Below are positions 29,497 through 39,146 of a stretch of DNA of 64,000 bases, piece by piece; the stretch's first letter is position 1; every line of letters begins with the position of its first letter. The stretch is from the NCBI GenBank assembly GCA_029856125.1, contig JAHQWJ010000120.1, positions 96,001 through 160,000 of the forward strand. The letters run 5' to 3'. A program made the translations under genes and the position numbers. Below the pieces are notes generated by a model. That model had not been told where the DNA came from. It made no database searches and saw only the letters and a list, made by a program, of their open reading frames with translations. The DNA comes from Promethearchaeia archaeon. Its GTDB lineage: Archaea > Asgardarchaeota > Lokiarchaeia > Sigyniarchaeales > SOKP01.

Positions 29497-30489
29497 TTAT
29501 ATATGTAAGCGTGGATCTAAAGCATCCCTCATTCCATCACCCAACAACATAAAACCTATGGTAGCAATACCTATGAAAAATCCTGGCCAGACTGCTGCCA
29601 TAAACGCAGTAAATTGTTCTTGAGCCCAATTTATATCTGTTCCCCAATTAGCTACAGTCTGGTCAACTAGCCCAAGCCACGCTAAGCTTGCTATTCCTAG
29701 TATCGTTCGTGCCATCCCCCCAAAAAAGCGAATTATCATTGGGGAGAGCGCATTTGGTACGATATGTTTAAACATTACTTTAAATTTTTTTGCTCCACCA
29801 GTCTTAGCTGCCTTTACGTACACCATTTGTTTTACTTGGAGTACAGTTGATCTCATAAATCGGGTATAAAAGGGTATAAATAATAATCCATACAATGTAA
29901 GTGTAGTGAATAAATCAGTACCTAACATAGGGGCAATGACAATCACAAGAATCATCATTGGAAAAACAAACATTAAATCCACTACACGCATAATTATACT
30001 ATCAACTAAACCTCCAAAATAGGCAGAAATTGTACCAAAAACAAGACCTCCCACTTGAGCTATTATTACAGGGACTAAAGCCATTGAGAGGGTCGTCCTA
30101 GCACCCCAAATTATTCTCGCGAGAATATCGTATCCATAAAAAGTTGTCCCTAATGGATGTTCTGGAGATGGTGGTTCGAAAGGAAGTATTCCTGAAGGAT
30201 AATAGGGTAATGTAACTTCCTGTAACGGAATTTTTGTTAGCCAGGGTGCAAATACTCCAAGCACGACACAAAATAAAACCATTATAATTCCTATTATTGT
30301 TAAGGGTGTTAGAAATCGTCGAAATAGCCTCCTTTTTGATTTTATTTTTTCAATTTCATATTCTTGGGCTGTAATATCGGGATCTCGCCATCCAGGAATA
30401 AGTAGGAATTTTAGATATTTTTTGATCATTGCTTTACGGTTTAGCTTAACCTCTATATCTTTTATTTCAATCTCTTTTACATGTATCAT
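29497..30489 (-). CDS. Opp/Dpp ABC permease (OppC type), cassette 2
   Basis: HPLGT..GYDILARIIWGAR, YVKAAKTGGA, GDGMRDALDPR. Confidence 0.92.
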   Translation of the reverse strand: MIHVKEIEIKDIEVKLNRKAMIKKYLKFLLIPGWRDPDITAQEYEIEKIKSKRRLFRRFLTPLTIIGIIMVLFCVVLGVFAPWLTKIPLQEVTLPYYPSGILPFEPPSPEHPLGTTFYGYDILARIIWGARTTLSMALVPVIIAQVGGLVFGTISAYFGGLVDSIIMRVVDLMFVFPMMILVIVIAPMLGTDLFTTLTLYGLLFIPFYTRFMRSTVLQVKQMVYVKAAKTGGAKKFKVMFKHIVPNALSPMIIRFFGGMARTILGIASLAWLGLVDQTVANWGTDINWAQEQFTAFMAAVWPGFFIGIATIGFMLLGDGMRDALDPRLHI

Positions 30490-30511
30490 AATAATCCCAT
30501 TATTTTATTGC

Positions 30512-31807
30512 TTAATTATAAGTAACTCTTGGATCTATAATTGTATACATAACATCTGTAAGGAGCGTACCAACAAGTATTATTATAGTTGAAAATACTA
30601 ATATCCCTTGTATCACAAAATAGTCTCCCATGAATACTGAACGAACCATATAATACCCTAGACCTGTGTAGTTAAAACTAATCTCTATAAAAAGCGATCC
30701 AAGTAGAGCAGCAGTTGTGTTTCCTATGATGAGAGTACTAGTTGGTAATAAAGAATTTCGAAGAGCGTGCTTGTTCAGGACTGTTTTTTCTTCAACACCT
30801 TTAGCACGAGCCGTTCGAATATAGTCTTGATCAATAACATCTAACATACTTGAACGCGTTTGTCTAGTAATTGGAGCCAAGGATACAAATACCATGCATA
30901 TAACTGGGATAAATAGATGATTTATTGTATCCCATAAATGATGTTGATCATTATATAATATAGCATCAATTATTCTAAATCCCGTACCGTATGAAAACGT
31001 ATATAAAAAAGAAGTTAAGATTATAAGTAGAACTAAGCAAATTGCTATTAATGATCCCCCCCAAATTAAATATTTAGTCCGCTTAGACTTATTTTCTTTC
31101 TCCATAAGTGGCATAACTTTCCTTTTTAATGAAACAGCTCCTTTATATACTAGAACAATACCAATGATCAGAAATAACAACATGGCTAAATAACTCAGCG
31201 TGAATAATGGGGGCGGCGGAACGATAGCTGCTGATGTATAACCCAAATACTCTGGTGCATTTGAGTACATAAGTGGCAGATTAATATCTTCAAAAGTAAG
31301 AATTCTTAGATTGAAGAAAAGCATTTGTAATAGCTTTGCTATAAAAAATACTGGGAAACCTGCTCCAAGAATCGCAACAAAACGTATAAAAATGTCTTTA
31401 TTTTTATTTTTATGCTTTGCGGATGTAACTCCAAGCTTGACAGCAATAATAGGTGCTATTATTATGGGGAGTAACACTAATTCGATTGTTTTAGGCCAAA
31501 CCTTGACAATCATGTCCAATACAGGAGTTCCTGGCATAGCTACATAAGAAACACCCCAATCGCCTGAGAAGAAATTTACCAAATATTTCCAAAGTTTAAT
31601 ATGTACTGGGTCTGTAAACCCCAATCTATCCAACTCTCTTTGGAGTGTAACCTCATCCATTCCAATATTTAATAAACTCATACTAGGGTCTGCCATCATC
31701 ATTTGAGATAACAAAAAAGTGACGATTAAAACAGCTAAAAGCATAGGAAACATAAATAAAATTCGTTTTATGATATATTTTATCATATTAGTTTGTTTTC
31801 GAGCCAT
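30512..31807 (-). CDS. Opp/Dpp ABC permease (OppB type) with inserted TM hairpin, cassette 2
   Basis: KYIIKR, GDWGVS, RQTRSSMLDVIDQDYIRTARAKG, IDPRV. Confidence 0.92.
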   Translation of the reverse strand: MARKQTNMIKYIIKRILFMFPMLLAVLIVTFLLSQMMMADPSMSLLNIGMDEVTLQRELDRLGFTDPVHIKLWKYLVNFFSGDWGVSYVAMPGTPVLDMIVKVWPKTIELVLLPIIIAPIIAVKLGVTSAKHKNKNKDIFIRFVAILGAGFPVFFIAKLLQMLFFNLRILTFEDINLPLMYSNAPEYLGYTSAAIVPPPPLFTLSYLAMLLFLIIGIVLVYKGAVSLKRKVMPLMEKENKSKRTKYLIWGGSLIAICLVLLIILTSFLYTFSYGTGFRIIDAILYNDQHHLWDTINHLFIPVICMVFVSLAPITRQTRSSMLDVIDQDYIRTARAKGVEEKTVLNKHALRNSLLPTSTLIIGNTTAALLGSLFIEISFNYTGLGYYMVRSVFMGDYFVIQGILVFSTIIILVGTLLTDVMYTIIDPRVTYN

Positions 31808-31859
31808 TTTTCCATCCTTTCTATAGTTGCTTTTCTTAAACTAATTAATCCTATTAAAT

Positions 31860-32396
31860 CTAGTTTTTTCTTCTACTTAGCAATTGTTTTACTTTCATAC
31901 CACTAAAGGAACCAGTCATACTAATCAAAAACAAAATTAGAATATTTAAATACCCCTCTCCTCTACCAAATTGCAACACAAAAGGTTCGAGTGAAAGACC
32001 AAACATAATCCAATAGAAAAGGAAGCCCTCGATTATGATAGCAGGTATTAACCAGAGTGAAGCTTTAATCCCATACAAAGGTATATCTTCCTTATATGTT
32101 AATATAAAACTAATTAGAAATAATAGAAGAATTGGTAAAAAATAAGTTTGTAAAAAAGTTGTATAAGGCCAGATAAGAAATCTTCTGTCAATTCTTGGAT
32201 CTAAATATGAAATCCAATTTCCATAAGCGTCTACCATGATGATATTCGCAATTATTCCATAAAAACCGATCAAAACAACGATATATAAAAGAATAACGCC
32301 ACCTTGGCGACCCCAATTAATGGATATGTGTCCCTTGTTAAACTCTTTAGTAGAAATATTCCCACTTTCGACTACATTCTCTGTTTTCTTTCCCAT
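31860..32396 (-). CDS. Conserved small membrane protein of unknown function, first gene of cassette 2 operon
   Basis: Paralog of 16710..17231 in the identical position. Confidence 0.85.
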   Translation of the reverse strand: MGKKTENVVESGNISTKEFNKGHISINWGRQGGVILLYIVVLIGFYGIIANIIMVDAYGNWISYLDPRIDRRFLIWPYTTFLQTYFLPILLLFLISFILTYKEDIPLYGIKASLWLIPAIIIEGFLFYWIMFGLSLEPFVLQFGRGEGYLNILILFLISMTGSFSGMKVKQLLSRRKN

Positions 32397-32481
32397 TCTT
32401 CAATTTAAGTGTTTTTTAATGAAAATGTTACCAAAAAGAGTTTACTTTACTTATTAATAGTTTTGGAACTAATTATAATTT

Positions 32482-32493
32482 TTACGTGAGTAA
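32482..32493. promoter_or_regulatory. Putative operator TTAC-N4-GTAA (TTACGTGAGTAA)
   Basis: Equivalent position to the 17325 site; TATA-like TTTATATA about 24 nt downstream. Confidence 0.65.
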
Positions 32494-32604
32494 TTCACTA
32501 CCCTCAAGATCTAAAGTTTATATAGATATTAAATTCAATGATACTTTAGAAAACATTTAATAAAAAAATTAGAAATTTAAAAAACAAATAAAAAGAGAAA
32601 AAAA

Positions 32605-34779
32605 ATGAAAAAATTTAACCAATATATTTTTATAGTGGTTATGCTTAGCGTTATGGTCTTTCCCTTAATTCCTATAATTCCGACTGTTGTTGCCCAAACT
32701 GCTCCTATTGAATTTTCTCTCGGTACCGGTGGTCAAGCTAAAGACTGGGATCCAATTTCAAATGCAGGTTCAAGTCCAGTTCAAGATTATAGTTTTAATG
32801 CAATGGAAACATTGGGGGTTGCTGATGTGAATTATTCTGGACAAGTAGCGGATTGGATTCCTCATCTTGCATCAAGCTGGGAAATAGAATATTGGCCTGC
32901 AGAGAATAACTCACTTGATATACTTCAAACTGGTGGAATTAAATCAATTGAATTTACACTACGAGATGATGTAACCTTCCATGATGGTTCACCTTTTAAT
33001 GCAACAGTTGCAAAATGGAATTTTGATCGCAAGTTTATAGCTGATGGAAATTTAACCGGGAATGGATTATCTAAATGGAAACACGTTTTGTATGTAGAAG
33101 CACTAGAATACGAGGATTACTTTACAGATAGCTGGAACCTAACAAGGTTCAATAATACAATGCCACGATATGGAAGTTGGGGTGGACCAAGTATGCAGGA
33201 TGAAGCTATGCGCGGTTATGTCCCATTAATTAACAATTGTACTATCGTAGAGGATCTAGAATATGGAGGGAAGATAAACATCACATCAAACGGCTGGAAT
33301 TCTGGTCTTCTCGGTGTTATTTGTGGTATGGCAGGGTGGGGTGTAATGATGCTTTCAATGGAATCTTATAAGAATTATTTTGAGGTGCCTATTATCGGTT
33401 ATGGAAATGATCCTTCGTTTCTACAAACACCAACAGAAGCACAAATTATAGCCGGAACTTATCCTACTACTGGCTTCCCTGGACACATGATAGGGACTGG
33501 TCCTTATAAGTTTGTTGTCCACGATGAGGGTGGTTCCCCCGCAGGCGGAAAAATGGTAAAATATGAAGATTGGTGGAATGCTCCATTTATGCCTAATGAC
33601 ACTTTTGTTGTTGATACCTGGAATTTAGTTTGGTTTCCATATGGTGTAGGAGGTGGTGAAGCACTTCGTAATACAGCTTTAGTTACAGGAGAAGTGGATT
33701 TTGGTTTCCACTATGCAACTGAAGCACTCAATTATGACGATATTGAAGCCTCTGCTTTTGTTTCAGCACACGACACTACTTTTGATCAAAACATCAATAT
33801 CATATCGTTAAACTGTATTGAAGATTGGGCTATCCCCGATGATGAATTAGTCCCGCTCCCGGGATCTTCGCTGGATTGGGGCAATAAAAGTATTAGGAAA
33901 GGCGTTCCAAGGGCATTCAGAAAAGCATTATCCTACGCTTTTGATTACGACACTTATATCTCAGCTACTAAGAAAAATCGTGCGGTTCGAGTAAGATATC
34001 CTGTTGGAACAAGTTCTCCATGGTACGATGACTCCATTCCTTACTCCTACTATGATCTTGATATAGCAAGACAAGCATTGAGAGATGGAGCAATTGCTCC
34101 TTCCGAATCAATTAATTGGACAGATGCTCAGTGGATTGCCCGAGCTGCTTCTAACCCACTATATGTATTTGACTACGCTTGGGATGTGCCTCACGAGGAT
34201 GTTAACAACGAAGTCTATAATGCCATCGAAAAAATCGGTTGCGCTACCAATCAATCTGCTGAATGGGAATATTCTCCCCGTGTGTTCTCAGCAATTTATT
34301 ATAATATGTGGCTGACTTCATATTCTGGTGCATATCCTTTCTATACCGCAGGTGGATTTAATATGCTATGGCCTTGGGCCGATACTCTTCCTCCAGTAGG
34401 TGCAATGCTGAAAGGTGGTGAATATTGGAATTTGGGCTTTAGTTACAATGATACTGCTGACGGATGGTTGGATGGACTGAATTTTGCAAGTCCCGCTGAA
34501 TATCAGGTGCTATTAAGCAAATTCGCTGATTGGTTTACAAACTATCAATACGGCTATCTAATGATTTCACAGGATAAGAATTTCTACGCTATCAACAGAG
34601 ATTTTAAATTGAACTATGTTTTTGAAGAAATCTTCCAACTACCTGCTCGGATTATGTATGATCCATACATTGAACCTCCCGCACCCCTGATTCCTGGTTT
34701 TTCGATGTTCACACTAACACTAGTAACACTAGGCTTGATTGCTTTCATAACCTACAATATAAAGCACAAAAAAATATGA
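32605..34779 (+). CDS. Family 5 (OppA/DppA-like) substrate-binding protein with IPGF-CTERM anchor, cassette 2
   Basis: Signal peptide; PHLASSW, TLRDDVTFHDGSPFNATVAKWNFDR, IGTGPYK, FRKALSYAFDY; tail LIPGFS-TM-KHKK. Confidence 0.88.
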   Translation: MKKFNQYIFIVVMLSVMVFPLIPIIPTVVAQTAPIEFSLGTGGQAKDWDPISNAGSSPVQDYSFNAMETLGVADVNYSGQVADWIPHLASSWEIEYWPAENNSLDILQTGGIKSIEFTLRDDVTFHDGSPFNATVAKWNFDRKFIADGNLTGNGLSKWKHVLYVEALEYEDYFTDSWNLTRFNNTMPRYGSWGGPSMQDEAMRGYVPLINNCTIVEDLEYGGKINITSNGWNSGLLGVICGMAGWGVMMLSMESYKNYFEVPIIGYGNDPSFLQTPTEAQIIAGTYPTTGFPGHMIGTGPYKFVVHDEGGSPAGGKMVKYEDWWNAPFMPNDTFVVDTWNLVWFPYGVGGGEALRNTALVTGEVDFGFHYATEALNYDDIEASAFVSAHDTTFDQNINIISLNCIEDWAIPDDELVPLPGSSLDWGNKSIRKGVPRAFRKALSYAFDYDTYISATKKNRAVRVRYPVGTSSPWYDDSIPYSYYDLDIARQALRDGAIAPSESINWTDAQWIARAASNPLYVFDYAWDVPHEDVNNEVYNAIEKIGCATNQSAEWEYSPRVFSAIYYNMWLTSYSGAYPFYTAGGFNMLWPWADTLPPVGAMLKGGEYWNLGFSYNDTADGWLDGLNFASPAEYQVLLSKFADWFTNYQYGYLMISQDKNFYAINRDFKLNYVFEEIFQLPARIMYDPYIEPPAPLIPGFSMFTLTLVTLGLIAFITYNIKHKKI

Positions 34780-34797
34780 ATAAAAATAAAATAATAC

Positions 34798-34808
34798 TTT
34801 TTTTTTTT
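34798..34808 (+). terminator. Oligo-T terminator after SBP gene 2
   Basis: T11 run 19 nt after stop. Confidence 0.5.
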
Positions 34809-34920
34809 AATTTGTTTTTAATTTTTAAGAAATCCTTAAGAAATTTTAAGATTAAATGTCTTGATAAAAAATTAATGAGAAAAAAGGTCTAAAAATTACA
34901 TCTAAAAGGTTAAAAGTAGA

Positions 34921-36453
34921 GTGAAAAAATCATCAACCATTAATACTTTATCTGGGAGAGTTCAAGGTTATATTAAAGACGGAATAACTATTTTTAAAGG
35001 AGTGCCCTATGCTAGTCCTCCGATTGAAGCACTACGATTTCAACCCCCACAAGAACATAAAGGGTGGGAAAATATTCTAAATACTACTGAATTTGGACCA
35101 TATGCACCACAAGGATTTACAGTATTGGAGGAAATGTTTGGTTTTTTTGAAAACCAAAACGAAGATAATTGCCTTTCATTAAATGTATGGACTCCAGATA
35201 CAGACAATGATTTACGCCCTGTGATGGTATACATACATGGAGGGTCCTTTATATTTGGAGGAGGGGCTGATATCTGGTATGGTGTTGATGGTACACAACT
35301 AGCGCAGAAAGGAAATGTGGTTGTTGTAACGCTAAATTATAGGTTAGGGGCTTTTGGTTTTCTCTATATTGAAGATCAAATAGCTAATATTGGTATCCTT
35401 GATCAAATTGCCGCCTTAAAGTGGATCAAAAAGAACATTGAAAAATTTGGAGGTAATCCAAATAATGTTACAATCTTCGGAGAGTCTGCAGGTGCTTTAT
35501 CAGCATTAATTTTAACCTCGATACCTTTAGCTAAAAATCTTTTTCATAGAGCTATTATTCAAAGTGCTCCAATAATGGATACGAAACCAACAATTAGAAG
35601 CACTACCAAATTATTTCAAGAATTAGGTATTAAAAATGGAGAAATTAGCGCGTTACATGAGTTAAATTTTAAAAAGATTATTAACGCCCAAAATAAAATT
35701 ATTTTAAATGGATTAGAAGAAAGGACACAGGAGATTATGGATTTTCGACCAAGTATTGATGGTAAAATTATTCCAATACATCCAATTGAAGCAATTAAAA
35801 GAGGAATTGGAAGAGATATCGATATTCTAATAGGACATAATAAAGATGAAATTAAGTTATGGACCGGACCTAATCCTCTATTTCAAAACATGAAAATGAA
35901 CGAGATATCTGATTTCTTACTATGGCGAGTAGGAAAATTCGGAGATGATAAACTAATATCAGACAAAAACTTATGTAAAAAGTTTATATCAATATATAAT
36001 CACGATTCCATAAATAGTCCGGTTGAAATTTACGATAAAATTGATACGGACTTTACTTTTAGAATCCCTGCTATTCGAGTATGTGAAGGAAATTCTCAAT
36101 ACAACCCAAACACTTATAATTACATTTTTACTTGGCCTTCACCCGCTTTAGAGGGGAAATATGGTTCTTGTCATATAATGGAGATACCTTTTGCTTTTGG
36201 AACATTAGGAAAAACTGGTGTGGAATGGTTTTATGGTGCTGGAAAAGAAGCTGAATTATTAAACGAAAAAATGATGAGAACTTGGGTATCTTTCGCACTT
36301 AATGGAAACCCAAATAGTGACCTAATTCCCAAATGGAAGCGTTATAATGTCGAAGATAGGACATCAATGTTTATTGGAAAAGAATTCAAAAGTGTTAACG
36401 CTCCAGATGATGATGAAAGAATTCTTTGGGAGAATGTTCTATTTAATTATTAG
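34921..36453 (+). CDS. Carboxylesterase type B (PnbA-like)
   Basis: FKGVPYA, NCLSLNVW, HGGSF, FGESAG, CHIMEIPF; GTG start. Confidence 0.93.
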   Translation: MKKSSTINTLSGRVQGYIKDGITIFKGVPYASPPIEALRFQPPQEHKGWENILNTTEFGPYAPQGFTVLEEMFGFFENQNEDNCLSLNVWTPDTDNDLRPVMVYIHGGSFIFGGGADIWYGVDGTQLAQKGNVVVVTLNYRLGAFGFLYIEDQIANIGILDQIAALKWIKKNIEKFGGNPNNVTIFGESAGALSALILTSIPLAKNLFHRAIIQSAPIMDTKPTIRSTTKLFQELGIKNGEISALHELNFKKIINAQNKIILNGLEERTQEIMDFRPSIDGKIIPIHPIEAIKRGIGRDIDILIGHNKDEIKLWTGPNPLFQNMKMNEISDFLLWRVGKFGDDKLISDKNLCKKFISIYNHDSINSPVEIYDKIDTDFTFRIPAIRVCEGNSQYNPNTYNYIFTWPSPALEGKYGSCHIMEIPFAFGTLGKTGVEWFYGAGKEAELLNEKMMRTWVSFALNGNPNSDLIPKWKRYNVEDRTSMFIGKEFKSVNAPDDDERILWENVLFNY

Positions 36454-36481
36454 AATTTTATTCACCATTTACATATATTAA

Positions 36482-38002
36482 ATGTCTGAAATTATGAAAA
36501 AGACTCAAAAAATTGAAACTGAAATTGGAAAAATTCAAGGATATATAAACAAAGATATTAAAATTTTCAAAGGTATTCCATATGCAGAACCTCCTATAAA
36601 TCAACTTCGGTTTGATCCTCCGTGTGAGAAAGAACCTTGGAATAATGTGTTTGTAGCTAATAAGTTTGGACCTTCTTCATTTCAAGGACCTGATGTTGGA
36701 AGAGGACTATTTGGGCAATTAACAGAGCAACAAGAAGATAATTGTCTAACTCTTAATATTTGGACACCCGAAACAGATGATAAAAAGCGCCCCGTTATGT
36801 TCTGGATTCACGGGGGAGGTTTTATCTATTCTGGATCATCGAAAGCCATATACGATGGAACCCTCCTAGCGAGCAAAGGGAATGTCGTTGTTGTAACAAT
36901 CAATTATAGATTAGGGATTTTTGGTTTTCTACACATTCCTAATAACACTTCAAATGTAGGCATGTTAGATCAAGTTGCTGCTATAAAATGGGTAAAGAAT
37001 AATATTGAAGCCTTCGGAGGTGATCCAGACAACATCACTATTTTTGGAGAATCTGCGGGAGCATATTCAGTAATCACATTGATGACAATGCCAAGTGCTA
37101 AAGGATTATTTCATCGTGCTATCGCTCAAAGCCCATATATTTTCGAACTTGAACCAACTATAAAAACAACTAAAAATGTAATGAGCCGATTAAACTTAGA
37201 ATTCGATGATATTGATGTTTTAAAGAAATTACCGGCTAAAAAACTTAACAGAATCCAGAACGAATATATCAGCGATATGGCGGGGAACCCTGAAAGCTTC
37301 TATTCAAATTTTCGACCTTGTATTGATAATGAATCGATACTCCAACATCCTTTTCGAGCTTTAAAAGAAGGAAAGGCAAAAGATATCGATCTATTAATAG
37401 GAACTAATCAAGATGAAGCAACTTTTTTTACAAGATTCGACCCTGTCTTTGAGAAATTGAATAAAGAAGGACTGAAAACTCAAATTAGAATGGAATTAGA
37501 TCGATTATCATTTGGATTCAAAACCGACTTTTTTATAGAGCAATATAAAATGATCCGAAAAGGAAAGATGCCGATTGATCCTATAGATATTTATAATGCA
37601 ATTTATACCGATTTGTATTATAGAATACCTGCTATTAAAACAGCAGAATCAAATTCGACTCATAATTCCAATATATATTTTTATCTTTTAGATTGGTGTT
37701 CACCAATGTTTAAATCTGCTTGCCATTCAATAGATTTACCATTTACTTTTGGATATTTCACCTCTGATATCCAAGATTTCATAGGAGAAATTCAAGCAGC
37801 TAAAATTGTAAGTAATAAAATGATGAATGCTTGGATTAATTTTGCTTCTTTCGGAGATGTTAATCATAATTCAATTCCAGAATGGCCAAGATATGAATTA
37901 AAAAATAGATCAACAATAACTATCGGACCTGAGTTTAATGTTGTAGAAGATCCTTTTGGAAAGGAACGAGCATTATGGGAAGATCTTTATAACGATTATT
38001 AA
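36482..38002 (+). CDS. Carboxylesterase type B (PnbA-like), tandem paralog
   Basis: FKGIPYA, NCLTLNIW, HGGGF, FGESAG, CHSIDLPF. Confidence 0.93.
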   Translation: MSEIMKKTQKIETEIGKIQGYINKDIKIFKGIPYAEPPINQLRFDPPCEKEPWNNVFVANKFGPSSFQGPDVGRGLFGQLTEQQEDNCLTLNIWTPETDDKKRPVMFWIHGGGFIYSGSSKAIYDGTLLASKGNVVVVTINYRLGIFGFLHIPNNTSNVGMLDQVAAIKWVKNNIEAFGGDPDNITIFGESAGAYSVITLMTMPSAKGLFHRAIAQSPYIFELEPTIKTTKNVMSRLNLEFDDIDVLKKLPAKKLNRIQNEYISDMAGNPESFYSNFRPCIDNESILQHPFRALKEGKAKDIDLLIGTNQDEATFFTRFDPVFEKLNKEGLKTQIRMELDRLSFGFKTDFFIEQYKMIRKGKMPIDPIDIYNAIYTDLYYRIPAIKTAESNSTHNSNIYFYLLDWCSPMFKSACHSIDLPFTFGYFTSDIQDFIGEIQAAKIVSNKMMNAWINFASFGDVNHNSIPEWPRYELKNRSTITIGPEFNVVEDPFGKERALWEDLYNDY

Positions 38003-38021
38003 AATAAAGTTATGTTAATAT

Positions 38022-39122
38022 TTAGAACTTGTACCTACATGCCTCATATATTTGTGATATTATCTCTTTTCTGCGAGCAAAATGTTGTTCAGTTGGTAAC
38101 ATTGTGTTGCTATTGAAATTTACAATTAAATCTAATTGAGGGTCACAGAAATTTGTGCATGAACTCCTTCCACCGTGCCCATAAGCTTCATCTGAAGTAA
38201 AAATAGAATTGTACTTCCCTAATCCAAAACCCAAACCCCAAGCTGGAGAACTTTGAAGAGTTGTGTCAAATATTCCCTTTCGATGTACTTCAGTTAGATA
38301 GTCTACGGTATGCTTTTCAATTATTCGGTTTCTTCCCCATTCTCCTCCGTTCCAAAGCGCTCGATAAAATTTACCCATATCAAAGGCTGTGCTAAAACAA
38401 GTTGAACCGGGAAAGATTCTGCCTTTAAAATCGTTTACCCAAAGATGCATTTGCTCAGAGAGATGAGCACTATCTTTTAGTGCTAATCGTTTTCCTAATG
38501 ATGCAGCTCTCTTTGAAGGCATTCCAAGGTAAGTCGAATTCATTCCCAAGGGCATGAAAATTTCCTCGTGTAAATACTCTTCGATTTTACGACCATCTAT
38601 TCTATGTATAATCTCTCCTAAAATCATCCAACTAACTCTGGGATGATAACCACATTGAGTCCCCGGTTGATAATCTGCTTTAATTTCACACGCATCATGT
38701 ATAATTTCATCCCATGATGCTGTGAGCCATTTTTGGTAATCTAACATAGGGAAACCACTTGTATGAGTCAAAAGGTGCCTTATTGTACACGATTCTTTTC
38801 CATTCTTAAACTCAGGAATAAAATCTTTTACTTTTTGATCAAAATCTAGCTTACCTTTTTCCCAAAGTTGAGCTATTGCTACTGAAGTCCAAGGTTTACC
38901 ACTAGACCACAGTACTAAGATTGAATTTACTTCCATGGGGATTCCGGGTCTTGTCTCACCAAGAGCAATGTTCATTACCGTCTTACCTTTTCTTGAAATA
39001 TGAAGCTGTACACCAGTATGAAGTTTATTATGTAATTGCTTATTCATGAGCGTTTCTATATTTTTAAGCTCAGAAAGATTCATTCCAATCTTATTTGACG
39101 ATTCCAAAATTCCTTCAATCAT
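38022..39122 (-). CDS. Cytoplasmic serine hydrolase (beta-lactamase-related esterase, EstA-like)
   Basis: WSSGK (SxxK), LLTHTSG, GYH, YGHGG; no signal peptide; 24 nt downstream of fusion gene copy 2. Confidence 0.88.
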   Translation of the reverse strand: MIEGILESSNKIGMNLSELKNIETLMNKQLHNKLHTGVQLHISRKGKTVMNIALGETRPGIPMEVNSILVLWSSGKPWTSVAIAQLWEKGKLDFDQKVKDFIPEFKNGKESCTIRHLLTHTSGFPMLDYQKWLTASWDEIIHDACEIKADYQPGTQCGYHPRVSWMILGEIIHRIDGRKIEEYLHEEIFMPLGMNSTYLGMPSKRAASLGKRLALKDSAHLSEQMHLWVNDFKGRIFPGSTCFSTAFDMGKFYRALWNGGEWGRNRIIEKHTVDYLTEVHRKGIFDTTLQSSPAWGLGFGLGKYNSIFTSDEAYGHGGRSSCTNFCDPQLDLIVNFNSNTMLPTEQHFARRKEIISQIYEACRYKF

Positions 39123-39146
39123 GAGAGTTTCTTCATTTGAGTTTTG

